Below the pieces are notes generated by a model, which saw only the letters and a list, made by a program, of their open reading frames with translations, ran no database searches and was not told where the DNA came from. A program made the position numbers and the translations under genes. Shown here piece after piece: positions 8,047-17,418 of a DNA stretch of 32,000 bases (position 1 is the stretch's first letter; each line of letters starts with the position of its first letter). The DNA comes from Propionibacterium freudenreichii subsp. freudenreichii (GTDB lineage: Bacteria; Actinomycetota; Actinomycetes; Propionibacteriales; Propionibacteriaceae), in NCBI RefSeq assembly GCF_000940845.1, contig NZ_CP010341.1:2430001-2462000 (forward strand). Direction: 5' to 3'.

Positions 8047-8979
8047 ATGCTTGCCCATGTGTTCGGTCTGGAGGCCGATTGGCCCGGCCAGGATCTCGTG
8101 GGCTTCACCGACACCATCGACACCGAGTTGACGCTGGCAGCCTATGCGTCGGGCCTGTTCCCGATGCCGCTGCATGAGTCCGATTTTCATGGCATGGGCT
8201 GGTGGTCGCCCGTACGTCGCGCCATCCTTCCGCTGGGGGCGCTGCGGGTGAGTCATTCGCTGCGGCAGGCGCTCAACCATTACCGAACCTCGGTCGACAC
8301 CGCCTTCGAGCAGGTGCTGGCCGGCTGCGCCGACCCAAAGCGTCCCGACGGCTGGATCGACCAGGATGTGGTCGCCGTGTACACGCAATTGTTCGAACGC
8401 GGCGTGGCGCATTCGGTGGAAACCTGGGATGACGAAGGACGTCTGGTGGGCGGCCTGTATGGCGTGGGTATGCGTGGCCTGTTCGCCGGTGAATCGATGT
8501 TCCACGACCCCGAACATGGCCGGGATGCGTCGAAGGTGGCGCTGGTGCGTCTGGTCGACACCTTGCGGGCGCGCCCAGATGGGGTGGCGCTGTCGGCTGA
8601 TGTCTGGGTGTTCCCCCGGCCACCCCCGTACGTGCCCGCTGCCCGCACCCGTCTGATCCCCTCAACTCTCACCGTCTGGCAGAGGAAACAATCATGCCGA
8701 GCAAGAACCAGCCGACCACTGAGCAGGTCGCAAAAACCAAACGGAGGGCCGAAACCGTATCGGCCTACGCATCCAAGGGCTGGGTGCAGGCCGTCGCTTT
8801 CGTCATGTTGCTGGGTTTCGGCATCATGGCAGCGCTTGCGATGCGCACCTACACCGACTCGATGCCCCAGCCCGATCGCATCGTCAATGAGCAGGGCCAG
8901 GAGATCATCTCCACCGAGCAGATCAGCCACGGTCAGGCGCTCTACCAGAGCCGCGGCCTGCAGGAATACGGCTCGGTGA
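8047..8979 (+). CDS. aat: Leucyl/phenylalanyl-tRNA--protein transferase-like; 3' end aberrant
   Basis: GLFPMP, WWSPVRRAIL, AHSVETWDDEGRLVGGLYGV and FAGESMFH...ASKVAL match Aat motifs. Similarity fades after about 8590, and the frame has no stop until 8979, 285 nt inside the next gene. Confidence 0.6.
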   Translation: MLAHVFGLEADWPGQDLVGFTDTIDTELTLAAYASGLFPMPLHESDFHGMGWWSPVRRAILPLGALRVSHSLRQALNHYRTSVDTAFEQVLAGCADPKRPDGWIDQDVVAVYTQLFERGVAHSVETWDDEGRLVGGLYGVGMRGLFAGESMFHDPEHGRDASKVALVRLVDTLRARPDGVALSADVWVFPRPPPYVPAARTRLIPSTLTVWQRKQSCRARTSRPLSRSQKPNGGPKPYRPTHPRAGCRPSLSSCCWVSASWQRLRCAPTPTRCPSPIASSMSRARRSSPPSRSATVRRSTRAAACRNTAR

Positions 8980-11108
8980 TGGGCCACGGTGCCTATCTGG
9001 GCCCCGACTTCACCGCCGAATATCTGCGCCTGACCACCGACGCTGCCGTCGAGAAGTACACCGCCGATGGTGTGCAGGATCCTCGTCAGGCCGTCGAGGA
9101 CGAGTGGCGCACCAACCGTTACGACGAGAACACCGGCACCTTGGTGTGGACAGACCAGCAGATCGCCGGTTATCACCAGATGGTCGACTACTACACCGAC
9201 TTCCTGGGTTCGCCGACCACCGAGCATGGCATGTTCCCCAATGCACTCGAGCCCGGTGAAGAAATCGAGGACACCACCGCCTTCTTCGGTTGGACGGCGT
9301 GGGCATCGTCCACGAACCGGCCCGGTCACGACTACTCGTACTCGAACAATTGGCCCTCCGAGCCGAATGTGGGCAACGGCCCAACCGCCAATCTGATGAT
9401 CTGGTCGGTGCTGTCGCTCATCGTGTTGCTGGGTGGCATCGGCATTCTGTTCGCCGTCTATGGTCGCTGGTCGGCACGCATCGGCTGGCATGGTGAAGAA
9501 GCCCCGGTGCTTGATTTCCGCCAGCCCGACGAGGTGCATCTGACGCCCAGCCAGAAGGTTTCGGGCCTGTTCTTCGTGGTGATCATGGTGTTGTTCTTCG
9601 CCCAGGCGATGGTGGGCGCGCTCACCGAGCACTACCGGGTCGAGCTCACCGGCTTCTTCGGTATCGACATCGCCCAGATCCTGCCCTACACGGTCTCGCG
9701 CACCTGGCATGTGCAGCTGTCACTGCTGTGGACTGCCGCCGGGTTCCTGGCGGCCGGCATCTTCCTGGCACCGCTGATCACCCGCAAGGAACCCAAGAAG
9801 CAGGGCTTCCTCACCGGCGTGCTGCTGGTGGCCGTGGCCATCGTGGTGTTCGGCTCGCTGGCCACCGAATGGTTGAGCCAGAAGGGCATCCTGCCCGAGG
9901 GTTCACTGTTCTCTCAGCAGTGGGAGTATCTGGATTTGCCCAGGCTGTTCCAGATCGCATTGACCGTGGGCATGTTCTTGTGGATGTTCATCGTGATCCG
10001 CACGCTGCGCTCCAAGCTCAACAGCACCAAGAAGACGTCGCTGCCGTGGCTGTTCATGTTCTCCGGTCTGGCCATCCCGATGTTCTATGCGGTGGGCATG
10101 CTGGCCGGTTCCGAGACCCACTTCTCGGTGGCCGAGTTCTGGCGCTTCTGGGTTGTTCACCTGTGGGTTGAGGACTTCCTGGAGCTGTTCACCACCGTGA
10201 TGGTTGCCTATGTGTTCGTGCTGCTGGGTGTGGTGCGTCAGAAGATGGCGATTTCGATCATCATGCTCGACGTCATCCTGTATTCGCTGGGTGGCGTGGT
10301 GGGCACCATGCACCACCTGTATTTCTCGGGCACCAGCGCCGAGACGATGGCTTTCGGTGCCGTGTTCTCGGCTGCCGAGGTGATCCCGTTGACGTTCTTG
10401 ACGGTGGAAGCCTGGGGCTTCATGCAGTTGGGTTCGCGTCAATACACCAACCGCACCAAGCCGTTCCCGCATCGTTGGGCCGTGATGTTCCTCATCTCCG
10501 TGGGTTTCTGGAACTTCCTGGGTGCCGGCATTTTCGGCTTCCTGATCAACCTGCCGATCGTGTCGTACTACGAGATCGGCACGGCCTTGACCGCCAACCA
10601 TGCGCATGGCTCGATGATGGGCGTCTACGGCATGTTGGCGTTGGCGTTCGCGGTGTTCGTGTTGCGCTACATCATTCCCGAGAAGGAATGGCCCGAGAAG
10701 GGCGTCAAATGGGCGTTCTGGGCAACCAACATCGGCTTGGTGTGGATGGTGTTCATCTCGCTGCTGCCGTTGGGTGTCGCCCAGCTGTACCAGAGCGTCG
10801 GCAAGGGTTATTACGATGCCCGTGCCATCGGCTACATCACCGATCCGGGCAATACTCTGCTCGACTGGTTGCGCATGCCCGGTGACGTGATCTTCCTGTC
10901 GGGCATCGTGCCGCTGCTGTGGCTGGCGTGGAAGGCGCTGAAGTCGTACTTCAGCAAGGATTCCAAGCCGGTTGTCTACGAATTGATGGATCCGCCGCTG
11001 TACGAGGCGCTGACCGATGAGCGCATCGCCGAGATGGCTGCCGCCAACAAGGCCGATGCGGTTCCCGATCAGGTGAGCCCCTACCGCAGCGATCGCAGAG
11101 AGGAATAA
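8694..11108 (+). CDS. norB: Quinol-dependent nitric oxide reductase (qNOR, heme-copper oxidase superfamily)
   Basis: 804 aa with an N-terminal extension plus 12+ TM segments. Motifs WVVHLWVEDFLE, MHHLYFSG and ANHAHGSMMGVYG. RBS aggaaa upstream. Confidence 0.95.
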   Translation: MPSKNQPTTEQVAKTKRRAETVSAYASKGWVQAVAFVMLLGFGIMAALAMRTYTDSMPQPDRIVNEQGQEIISTEQISHGQALYQSRGLQEYGSVMGHGAYLGPDFTAEYLRLTTDAAVEKYTADGVQDPRQAVEDEWRTNRYDENTGTLVWTDQQIAGYHQMVDYYTDFLGSPTTEHGMFPNALEPGEEIEDTTAFFGWTAWASSTNRPGHDYSYSNNWPSEPNVGNGPTANLMIWSVLSLIVLLGGIGILFAVYGRWSARIGWHGEEAPVLDFRQPDEVHLTPSQKVSGLFFVVIMVLFFAQAMVGALTEHYRVELTGFFGIDIAQILPYTVSRTWHVQLSLLWTAAGFLAAGIFLAPLITRKEPKKQGFLTGVLLVAVAIVVFGSLATEWLSQKGILPEGSLFSQQWEYLDLPRLFQIALTVGMFLWMFIVIRTLRSKLNSTKKTSLPWLFMFSGLAIPMFYAVGMLAGSETHFSVAEFWRFWVVHLWVEDFLELFTTVMVAYVFVLLGVVRQKMAISIIMLDVILYSLGGVVGTMHHLYFSGTSAETMAFGAVFSAAEVIPLTFLTVEAWGFMQLGSRQYTNRTKPFPHRWAVMFLISVGFWNFLGAGIFGFLINLPIVSYYEIGTALTANHAHGSMMGVYGMLALAFAVFVLRYIIPEKEWPEKGVKWAFWATNIGLVWMVFISLLPLGVAQLYQSVGKGYYDARAIGYITDPGNTLLDWLRMPGDVIFLSGIVPLLWLAWKALKSYFSKDSKPVVYELMDPPLYEALTDERIAEMAAANKADAVPDQVSPYRSDRREE

Positions 11109-11112
11109 CACC

Positions 11113-11982
11113 ATGGATGCGCCGTTGTGGGGTGTTGATTTCGTGGTGTGGATGTTCTGCGCCTATGCGCTGATCCTGGTTGGTGTGGGCTATGGGCTTG
11201 ACCTGTTGGCCAAGCGCACCTCGCAGCAGTCGTCGGCGAAGCGGAATTTCGGTTTCCACTACCACGAGAATCAGGACGCCTGGTTGTGCTCCGAGGACCA
11301 GTGGCTTTTCCCCACTGCCTTCGACCGTGACAACCGGGTGATGCACTACCGCGCGTCGTCCATCGTGTGCAACACCTGCCAGGTGAAGAACACCTGCACC
11401 ACCTCGATGATGGGCCGCGAGATCACTCGCGAGGTTGATCCGTGGCCCTATTCGGAGTCGGGACGTTTCCACCGGGGCATTGCCCTGGCGGTGGCGGTTT
11501 CGGGGTTGGTGTTGATCGCGGGGGTGGCCATTTTGGGTCACACCGCGGCAGACATTGCGGTCGAGGTGGCCACTGCCGTTGCGGTGGTGGCTGCCTCGGT
11601 TCCGCTGGCCCGTCATCTGATGCGCAGCCCGGCGAATTTCGTCGAGCCCACGCATGTGAAGGTGGTGGACGCCGACGAGATCGATGCTGCTGTGCTGGCC
11701 GATCGGTTCGCCCAGAAGTGGGGCAATGTGAGCGACGAACGCAAGCGCGCCGCAGCCCTGGAACGCGAACGCGTACTGGCCGATGCAGCCCCGGCCACCG
11801 GTTGGCGTGGACGCGGCACCCGCGACACCCCGCTGCACATCAGCTCGGCGTTGGCGATGAAGGAACGCCTCAAGCGCGAAAGTCGGGGCGCCGAGGTGAT
11901 CCATGATGGTTCGGCGCCGATTCCGGGAGGCCCGCGTCCACGTGACATCGGTGCCGGTCGTGAAGAGACGCCGGACTCGTGA
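11113..11982 (+). CDS. Membrane protein of unknown function with a Cys cluster, coupled to norB
   Basis: Starts 4 nt after the norB stop. One N-terminal TM, a soluble segment with C-x27-C-x2-C-x5-C (WLCSEDQ...IVCNTCQVKNTC), two further hydrophobic helices, and a charged tail. Confidence 0.75.
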   Translation: MDAPLWGVDFVVWMFCAYALILVGVGYGLDLLAKRTSQQSSAKRNFGFHYHENQDAWLCSEDQWLFPTAFDRDNRVMHYRASSIVCNTCQVKNTCTTSMMGREITREVDPWPYSESGRFHRGIALAVAVSGLVLIAGVAILGHTAADIAVEVATAVAVVAASVPLARHLMRSPANFVEPTHVKVVDADEIDAAVLADRFAQKWGNVSDERKRAAALERERVLADAAPATGWRGRGTRDTPLHISSALAMKERLKRESRGAEVIHDGSAPIPGGPRPRDIGAGREETPDS

Positions 11983-12116
11983 CCATCTGCTCGTGGGTCG
12001 GCCACCCGTGATGGGCCGATCCTTGGGGTCGAATCCTGATCAATCATGAGTTCTGCGGCCGGGACCCCGGCCATGCCAAACCGTCACTACTTTTTTCGTT
12101 CTGAAAGGCCCGCGTC

Positions 12117-12881
12117 GTGGCTCTGCTGATTGTTGTTCTTGCTGTTGTTGCCGTCGTGCTCATTGTGCTGCTCGTGTCGTTGCGGGTGATTCCCGAATAT
12201 CAGCGCGGCATTGCGTTCCGGTTCGGGCATCTGCGTCCCACGTTGGAGCCGGGCATCCACTTCGTGTTCCCGCTGGTCGATTCGTTGCAGCGGGTTGATC
12301 TGCGGGTGATCACGTTGACGATTCCGCCGCAGGAAGTGATCACCAAGGACAATGTGCCGGCGCGGGTGAATGCGGTGGTGCTGTTCAAGGTGCTTGAGCC
12401 GAAGGATGCGATTCTCAAGGTGGAGAATTACGCGATTGCCACCTCGCAGATCTCGCAGACCACATTGCGTTCCCTGCTGGGACGGGTCGATCTGGATACC
12501 CTGCTGGCCCACCGCGACGATCTCAACATCGATTTGCAGGGTGTGATCGATGCCCGCACCAAGCCGTGGGGCATCGAGGTGTCCACCGTGGAGATCAAGG
12601 ATGTGGAGATTCCCGAGGCGATGCAGCGGGCGATGGCGCGTGAGGCGGAGGCCGAGCGTGAGCGTCGCGCCAAGGTGATTTCGGCGCGTGGCGAGTTGGA
12701 GGCCTCCGATGAGCTGCGTCAGGCCGCCGAGACCCTGAGCCAGTCGCCCGCGTCGTTGCAGTTGCGCTACCTGCAGACGCTGCTCGAGCTGGGTGCCGAC
12801 CAGAACTCCACCGTGGTGTTTCCGCTGCCGCTCGACATCATCGGCCCGCTGCTCAACAAGATGGGCAACGCCCTCAAATAG
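12117..12881 (+). CDS. SPFH/band-7 (stomatin/slipin-like) membrane protein
   Basis: N-terminal TM, then VIPEYQRGIAFRFG, PPQEVITKDNV and a MAREAEAERERRAKV coiled-coil. GTG start after gaaagg. Confidence 0.95.
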   Translation: MALLIVVLAVVAVVLIVLLVSLRVIPEYQRGIAFRFGHLRPTLEPGIHFVFPLVDSLQRVDLRVITLTIPPQEVITKDNVPARVNAVVLFKVLEPKDAILKVENYAIATSQISQTTLRSLLGRVDLDTLLAHRDDLNIDLQGVIDARTKPWGIEVSTVEIKDVEIPEAMQRAMAREAEAERERRAKVISARGELEASDELRQAAETLSQSPASLQLRYLQTLLELGADQNSTVVFPLPLDIIGPLLNKMGNALK

Positions 12882-12988
12882 AGCATGTGGGCGGTCAGAT
12901 TTTCGACCGTGCACTGAACAGCCCGTCCTGGTTCACCGGGGCGGGCTGCTTTCAGTTGTCCATGCCGATGGGCTCGGCCTCGTAGGCT

Positions 12989-13312
12989 TTGGATATGCCA
13001 GAGTCATTGACGCAGGCCGAGCCCATTGCCCTGTCGCAGGCGGTGTCGCCGCTGGTGTTGGCGATGGACATCGGCTCCACCTCGAGCCGGGCTGCGGTCC
13101 ATGACGCGCTGGCACGCCCGGTGGTGGGGCATCAGACCGAGGCGAAGCATCGTTTTCATGAGGCCTCCGATGGCACATCCGAGATCGATGCCGATGCGAT
13201 GGTTGCCGAGATTTCCGGGCTCATCGGCGAGACGGTCCAGGGCTTGCCGGCATCCAGCATCGCGGCGGTGGCGATGGACACGTTCGCCAGCTCGCTGGTG
13301 TGTGTCGACGAT
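12989..13312 (+). pseudogene. FGGY-family sugar kinase (gluconokinase-like), N-terminal ~105 codons only
   Basis: LAMDIGSTSSRAAVHDA...IAAVAMDTFASSLVCVD matches the N-terminal actin-fold of FGGY kinases. Similarity stops near 13310, and the frame ends at 13417 in unrelated sequence. Confidence 0.6.
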
Positions 13313-13374
13313 CATGGTGGCGTTGACGATCCTCGACCCCCGCAGCCGTCCGTTGGTCCCAGGGGTGGCGCCGA

Positions 13375-13667
13375 TGACATCGGAGGAGTATCAGCGGGCG
13401 TTGACCGGGGTTCATGACGTGGTGGCCTCTGCAGTCGCACTCCCGCCCGCCGATGCAGGAGAAGCACTCGCCAGCATGGACATGGGGATCCGTGCCGTCA
13501 CCCTGAGTAGCGGGGAGCTGGGGTTCTGGTCGCGTCGCGATGAAGTTGGCAGGGCGGTGGTTCGCGGAGACCTCGACACCGTGCGCTACTCCGCGTTCTT
13601 GGAAGCCCTTGGTGAGCACGTTGTCTGGCCCAAGGCGGACATGCAGCGAAACAGCGTCGAGGGTTGA
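13375..13667 (+). CDS. Small hypothetical protein (97 aa), or the 3' remnant of a longer gene
   Basis: ATG at 13375 after aggggtgg. Convergent with the next gene, 17 nt apart. The frame is also open upstream to 13026, so it could be a fragment. Confidence 0.35.
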
Positions 13668-13684
13668 GAGACGTCGAGTGACCC

Positions 13685-14568
13685 TCACGCCTCCCAGAGA
13701 TGGACCTGGTAGTCCATCAGCCGTGCGGCGCGAAGACGCCGACCCATCGAGGGATGTACCGCGATCTCCTTGGTGACCATCGAGGCAGGCTTTCCGTATC
13801 CGGGAAAGGAGAGCGTTCCAGACTTCGGCACCGGTTGCCAGCTGTCCCCCGGTTGAACGATCAGTCGCGGATCGGATCGACGTGCGCCCCAGAGGTAAAG
13901 AGTCTCTTTCAATAGCTGGTCCAAGAACGTACACATCGACCCTCGCAAGCCCTCCAGCACCGTCTGCGGCGTGGACACCAGGAACATGGAACTCATCGTG
14001 CCTGCTTTTCCGGCGTCGATCATGGCACGTGTGCCCACCCAGTCCGGCTGACTGGGCAAGGGATTGATCACACCCGTCGGACGCGCCCTGGTGCCCACCA
14101 TCTGGATCAATGACATTCGCGGTGCACGGTGCACCATCGTGTTGCGCTGAGCGATCAGCCAGGAAAGCCAGTCCTCAGGGCCATGATCCTCGGGTTTCAG
14201 GACATCTGAGAGCAGAGCATTCTGTCGCTCACGCCCCGATGTGCCGACATCAGCCAGCACACCCTGTCGCAACCCTTGGCCACGACCGTTCTTCAGCGCC
14301 TTGACGGCCACCTTCTGAAGTTCGCCCCAATCGGTGCGAATGACGTCGCACTTGATCCCGGCGACAATGACGATCACCGCGGCAACCCGGTCGAGGGCCT
14401 GTCCAAGGCTGACGATGGTCTGCTCTAGCCATGCGTCGAGTCGATCCTCACGCCGCTGTCCGGCATCTCCGAGAGCCTGCTGAGCGCCGATCAGTTCGTC
14501 GCGGGATCCCCCACGCTTGGCAATGGCGCGCCAGGCCTGCGTCAACGCATGGTCGCGGGCACATGAGC
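13685..14568 (-). pseudogene. C-terminal 294 codons of an IS-disrupted ORF carrying an RNxxxH (HEPN/Abi-like) motif
   Basis: The frame is open up to the IS3-B boundary at 14569. Motif WLSWLIAQRNTMVHRAPRM. It continues in frame with 17419-17668 once the IS is removed. Confidence 0.7.
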
Positions 14569-14599
14569 TGAAGCGCCCTGGGTCTGATGGAGACTCGCG

Positions 14600-14917
14600 C
14601 TATTTGATTCCGATCAGCAGATTGCTGTCGTTGGGGACAGCATAGAACGCGTTCTCGAACTCGGCGGGTGGGACGTCTCCGAGGTATCCGTGGAGGCGCT
14701 GCGTGTTGTGCCAGTGCACCCAGCCGAGCGTCGCGAGCTCGAGATCCTCGACCGTCTTCCACGGTCCCGAGCGGGTGGGCCCGCGAACCAACTCGGCCTT
14801 GTAGTAGCCGTTCACCGTCTCGGCCAGGGCGTTGTCATACGAATCGCCGACGGTCCCGATCGAGGGTGTCGCACCGATCTCTGCGAGGCGTTCGCCGTAG
14901 CGAATCGATGTGAATTG
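14600..14917 (-). pseudogene. IS3-B OrfB, C-terminal fragment
   Basis: QFTSIRYGERLAEIGATPSIGTVGDSYDNALAETVNGYYKAEL... joins in frame to ...HSDAGCQ at 16415. Confidence 0.85.
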
Positions 14918-16414
14918 CCTGGGTTCAACCGGTCGTTGCAACACCGGGTTGTTGGAGCGAGTGTAACTGCTCCTGGAATACTTCGGCGGGGGTCTTCCAG
15001 TCGAGGCTCTTGCGGGGTCGGTTGTTCAGTGCGAGGGCGACTGCTTCGAGGTCTTCAGCGGACCATCGTGAGAGGTCGGTGCCCTTCGGGAAGTATTGCC
15101 GCAGCAACCCGTTGGTGTTCTCGTTCGTCGGCCTCTGCCAGGGCGAGTGGGGGTCGGCGAAGAACACCTTCGTGCCCGTCTCGAGCGCGAACTGGGCGTG
15201 CGCGGAGAGTTCTTTGCCGCGGTCCCAGGTGAGCGTCTTGCGGAGCTGTTCGGGGAGCTTCATCATCGACGCGATGAGCGCGGCGTTCATCGCGACTGCG
15301 CCGTAGCCGCCCAACGCGGGCCCGTTCTTGATCGGCGGCGCCTCGCCCCACCCGTCCAGCCTCGGCAGGTGCACCAGCAGGGTCGACCGGCTCTTGCGTT
15401 CGACGAGAGTGCCGATCGCGGACCGGCCCGTGCCGATGATCAAGTCGCCCTCCCAATGCCCGGGCACGGCGCGGTCCGCGGCTGCTGCGGGCCGTTCGGA
15501 GAACACGACATCGGCGGTGACGTGACCTTGCGGGCGGTTCTGTGCTCGAGCCCGCGGCTGCCGGAGGGCGCGGCCGGTGCGCAGGCACGTGACGAGCTCG
15601 CGTTTGAGCGCACCACGGCCCTCAATGAACAGCGACTGGTAGATCGCCTCGTGGCTGATGCGCATGGATTCATCATCCGGGAAGTCGACCTTCAGCCGGT
15701 GCGAGATCTGCTCCGGGCTCCACGCGGTCGCCCACCGCCGGTCCTGCCGGTGAGGTTTGTTCAGCCCCTTCCATGCCGGCGGTTCCGGCCCCACGACGAT
15801 GCTGCCGTCAGGCCGACAGACGTTTCCGGCGAGGCGCTCCTGAACGTACTCACGCAACCGGTCGTTGGTCGCGAGCTTCGCCGTCTTCGGGCGCTTCGCT
15901 GTCTGCTGAGCCTTCCATTGCGCTACCAACGCCCGGTACTCCTGCTTCCCGCTGCGCGTGGCCGCGTTGCGGCGCAGTTCGCGGGAGATCGTTCCCGGGT
16001 CGCGGCCGATCCTGCGCGCGATCTCACGCACGCCGACCTGCTTGGCGCGCAGGAGCGCGATCTCCTCACGCTCCTCGAAGGACAGGTAACGGCCGCTGGG
16101 CTCGGCAAGTGAGATCGGTGGCATGCCGCCAGCGTGGCGAAACCAACGGGACCCGACCGGCACAGACACGCCCACCTTCAGAGCCGCTTCGGCTGAGGTG
16201 ATGCCCGTCGCGATCAGACGCCAGAACTGCCGCTGCACCGCCCGCGAGGGCTCAGGCCGCCCGGGCGAACGCATCGGCGGACGCAACGCCCGATCCGCAC
16301 GCCATTGCCGACGCGCACCCTCGGGCACATCGCTCGTCTTCGCGGCCCAGTCCCTCGTCGCCACAGCTGAACACCTCCACGGTCAAGGTGTTGCGACGAC
16401 CAGTTGAATTCACC
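14918..16414 (-). mobile_element. IS30-family insertion sequence (1497 bp) nested in IS3-B orfB
   Basis: Imperfect 28-bp terminal repeats: cctgggttcaaccggtcgttgcaacacc at 14918 and ggtgttgcgacgaccagttgaattcacc ending at 16414. 3-bp direct repeats TTG at 14915-14917 and 16415-16417. Confidence 0.9.
14925..16364 (-). CDS. IS30 family transposase
   Basis: 479 aa. HTH N-terminus (REIARRIGRDPGTISRELRRN), HWEGDLIIG, TLTWDRGKE and PWQRPTNENTNGLLRQYFPKGTDL. Confidence 0.9.
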   Translation of the reverse strand: MATRDWAAKTSDVPEGARRQWRADRALRPPMRSPGRPEPSRAVQRQFWRLIATGITSAEAALKVGVSVPVGSRWFRHAGGMPPISLAEPSGRYLSFEEREEIALLRAKQVGVREIARRIGRDPGTISRELRRNAATRSGKQEYRALVAQWKAQQTAKRPKTAKLATNDRLREYVQERLAGNVCRPDGSIVVGPEPPAWKGLNKPHRQDRRWATAWSPEQISHRLKVDFPDDESMRISHEAIYQSLFIEGRGALKRELVTCLRTGRALRQPRARAQNRPQGHVTADVVFSERPAAAADRAVPGHWEGDLIIGTGRSAIGTLVERKSRSTLLVHLPRLDGWGEAPPIKNGPALGGYGAVAMNAALIASMMKLPEQLRKTLTWDRGKELSAHAQFALETGTKVFFADPHSPWQRPTNENTNGLLRQYFPKGTDLSRWSAEDLEAVALALNNRPRKSLDWKTPAEVFQEQLHSLQQPGVATTG

Positions 16415-17194
16415 TTGACAGCCCGCGTCGCTGTGACACCGCAGATCCTCATGGTGGGCGCCTCGGGACCAGCGCGCCATCTCGATCGCGTCGAGGACCA
16501 TCTCGGTGCGCATATGTGACGCGACCCGCCACCCCACGATCATCCGGGAGAACGCGTCGATGATGAAGCAGACGTAGGCGACGCCAGCCCAGGTGGGCAC
16601 GAATGTCAGATCGGTCACCCAGAGCCGGTTCGGTGCCGTCGCGGTGAACTCCCGCTTGACCAGGTCCGGGTGCCGCGACGACGCCGGGTCCGGCCGCGTG
16701 GTCTTCACCCGCTTCGACCGCCTCGCACCTTCGATCCCTGCGACGCGCATCAGCCTCGCAGTCTGGTCGCGGCCGATCATGATGCCCCCACGCCGGGCAG
16801 CCTTCCAGAGCTTGCGGACCCCGTAGACGCGGTAGTTGGCCTCCCAGATCTCGACCAGCTGCGGGATCAGTTCCTCGTCACGCAGCGCACGGGCAGAGGG
16901 CGCACGGGTCTTGGCGGCGTAGTAGCTGCTCGGAGCCACCTGCAACAGTCTGCAGATGAGCTCGACTCCGAGCCGGCGACCGTCCACGACGTCGTCCTTG
17001 TTCGCGTCGATGAACGCGACTACTTCCGGTAGTGGCGGTCGAGCTCCGCCCCGAAGAAAGACGCCGCCCGTTTCAGCACCTCGTTGGCCCGGCGCAGCTC
17101 CCGATTCTCTTGCTCGAGCTCTTTCACCCGCTGCTCCTCCGCCGAGCTCACACCGGGGACGACACCGTCGTCGACGTCGGCCTGCTTGACCCAC
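16415..17194 (-). pseudogene. IS3-B OrfB, N-terminal part (-1 frame relative to orfA)
   Basis: YGVRKLWKAARRGG, NRLWVTDLTFVPTWAGVAYVCFIIDAFSR and LRCHSDAG, then the IS30 junction. Confidence 0.8.
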
Positions 17195-17364
17195 ATCCGC
17201 ACGGACTCGACCCCGTAACCGAGCTGCGTCGCGACCCGCTGCACCGTCCCCTGCGTGACGCCCAGCTCCGCGCGCAGCGTCCTCACCATCCGCACCGCGG
17301 CGGCCTTCTCCTCGACCGAGTAGCGACGCGTCGTCGGCTTCCCATTCGCCAGTTCCTTCGGCAT
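17020..17364 (-). CDS. IS3 family transposase OrfA
   Basis: MPKELANGKPTTRRYSVEEKAAAVRMV...ENRELRRANEVLKRAASFFGAELD. The ATG at 17364 is inside the element. Confidence 0.85.
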   Translation of the reverse strand: MPKELANGKPTTRRYSVEEKAAAVRMVRTLRAELGVTQGTVQRVATQLGYGVESVRMWVKQADVDDGVVPGVSSAEEQRVKELEQENRELRRANEVLKRAASFFGAELDRHYRK

Positions 17365-17418
17365 AACCCCATCCTCGTTTCCAAGGTCAGGAGTCTCCAA
17401 CAAACTCAGGGCGCTTCA

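Larger units (their letters stand above)
14569..17418 (-). mobile_element. IS3-family insertion sequence, copy B (1350 bp of IS3 sequence) interrupted by IS30
   Basis: Terminal repeats tgaagcgccctgggtctgatggagactc (14569) and the complement of gagtctccaacaaactcagggcgcttca (ends 17418). 3-bp direct repeats AGC at 14566-14568 and 17419-17421. Confidence 0.9.

Noticed and set aside
8280-11114. Long minus-strand ORFs (8280-9710, 476 aa; 9903-11114, 403 aa) opposite norB
   Set aside because: These are antisense shadows typical of high-GC DNA. Their products are Arg/Gly/His/Pro-rich with no motifs, while the plus strand encodes an unmistakable qNOR.
12989-13417. Treating the 142-aa ORF as an intact small kinase-like protein
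   Set aside because: FGGY kinases are about 480-500 aa. Only the first ATPase subdomain is present, and the tail after about 13310 is unrelated sequence, so it is called a truncated pseudogene.
15096-16112. 338-aa plus-strand ORF inside the IS30 element
   Set aside because: It is antisense to the IS30 transposase, has an Arg/Pro/Leu-rich composition, and shows no independent signal.
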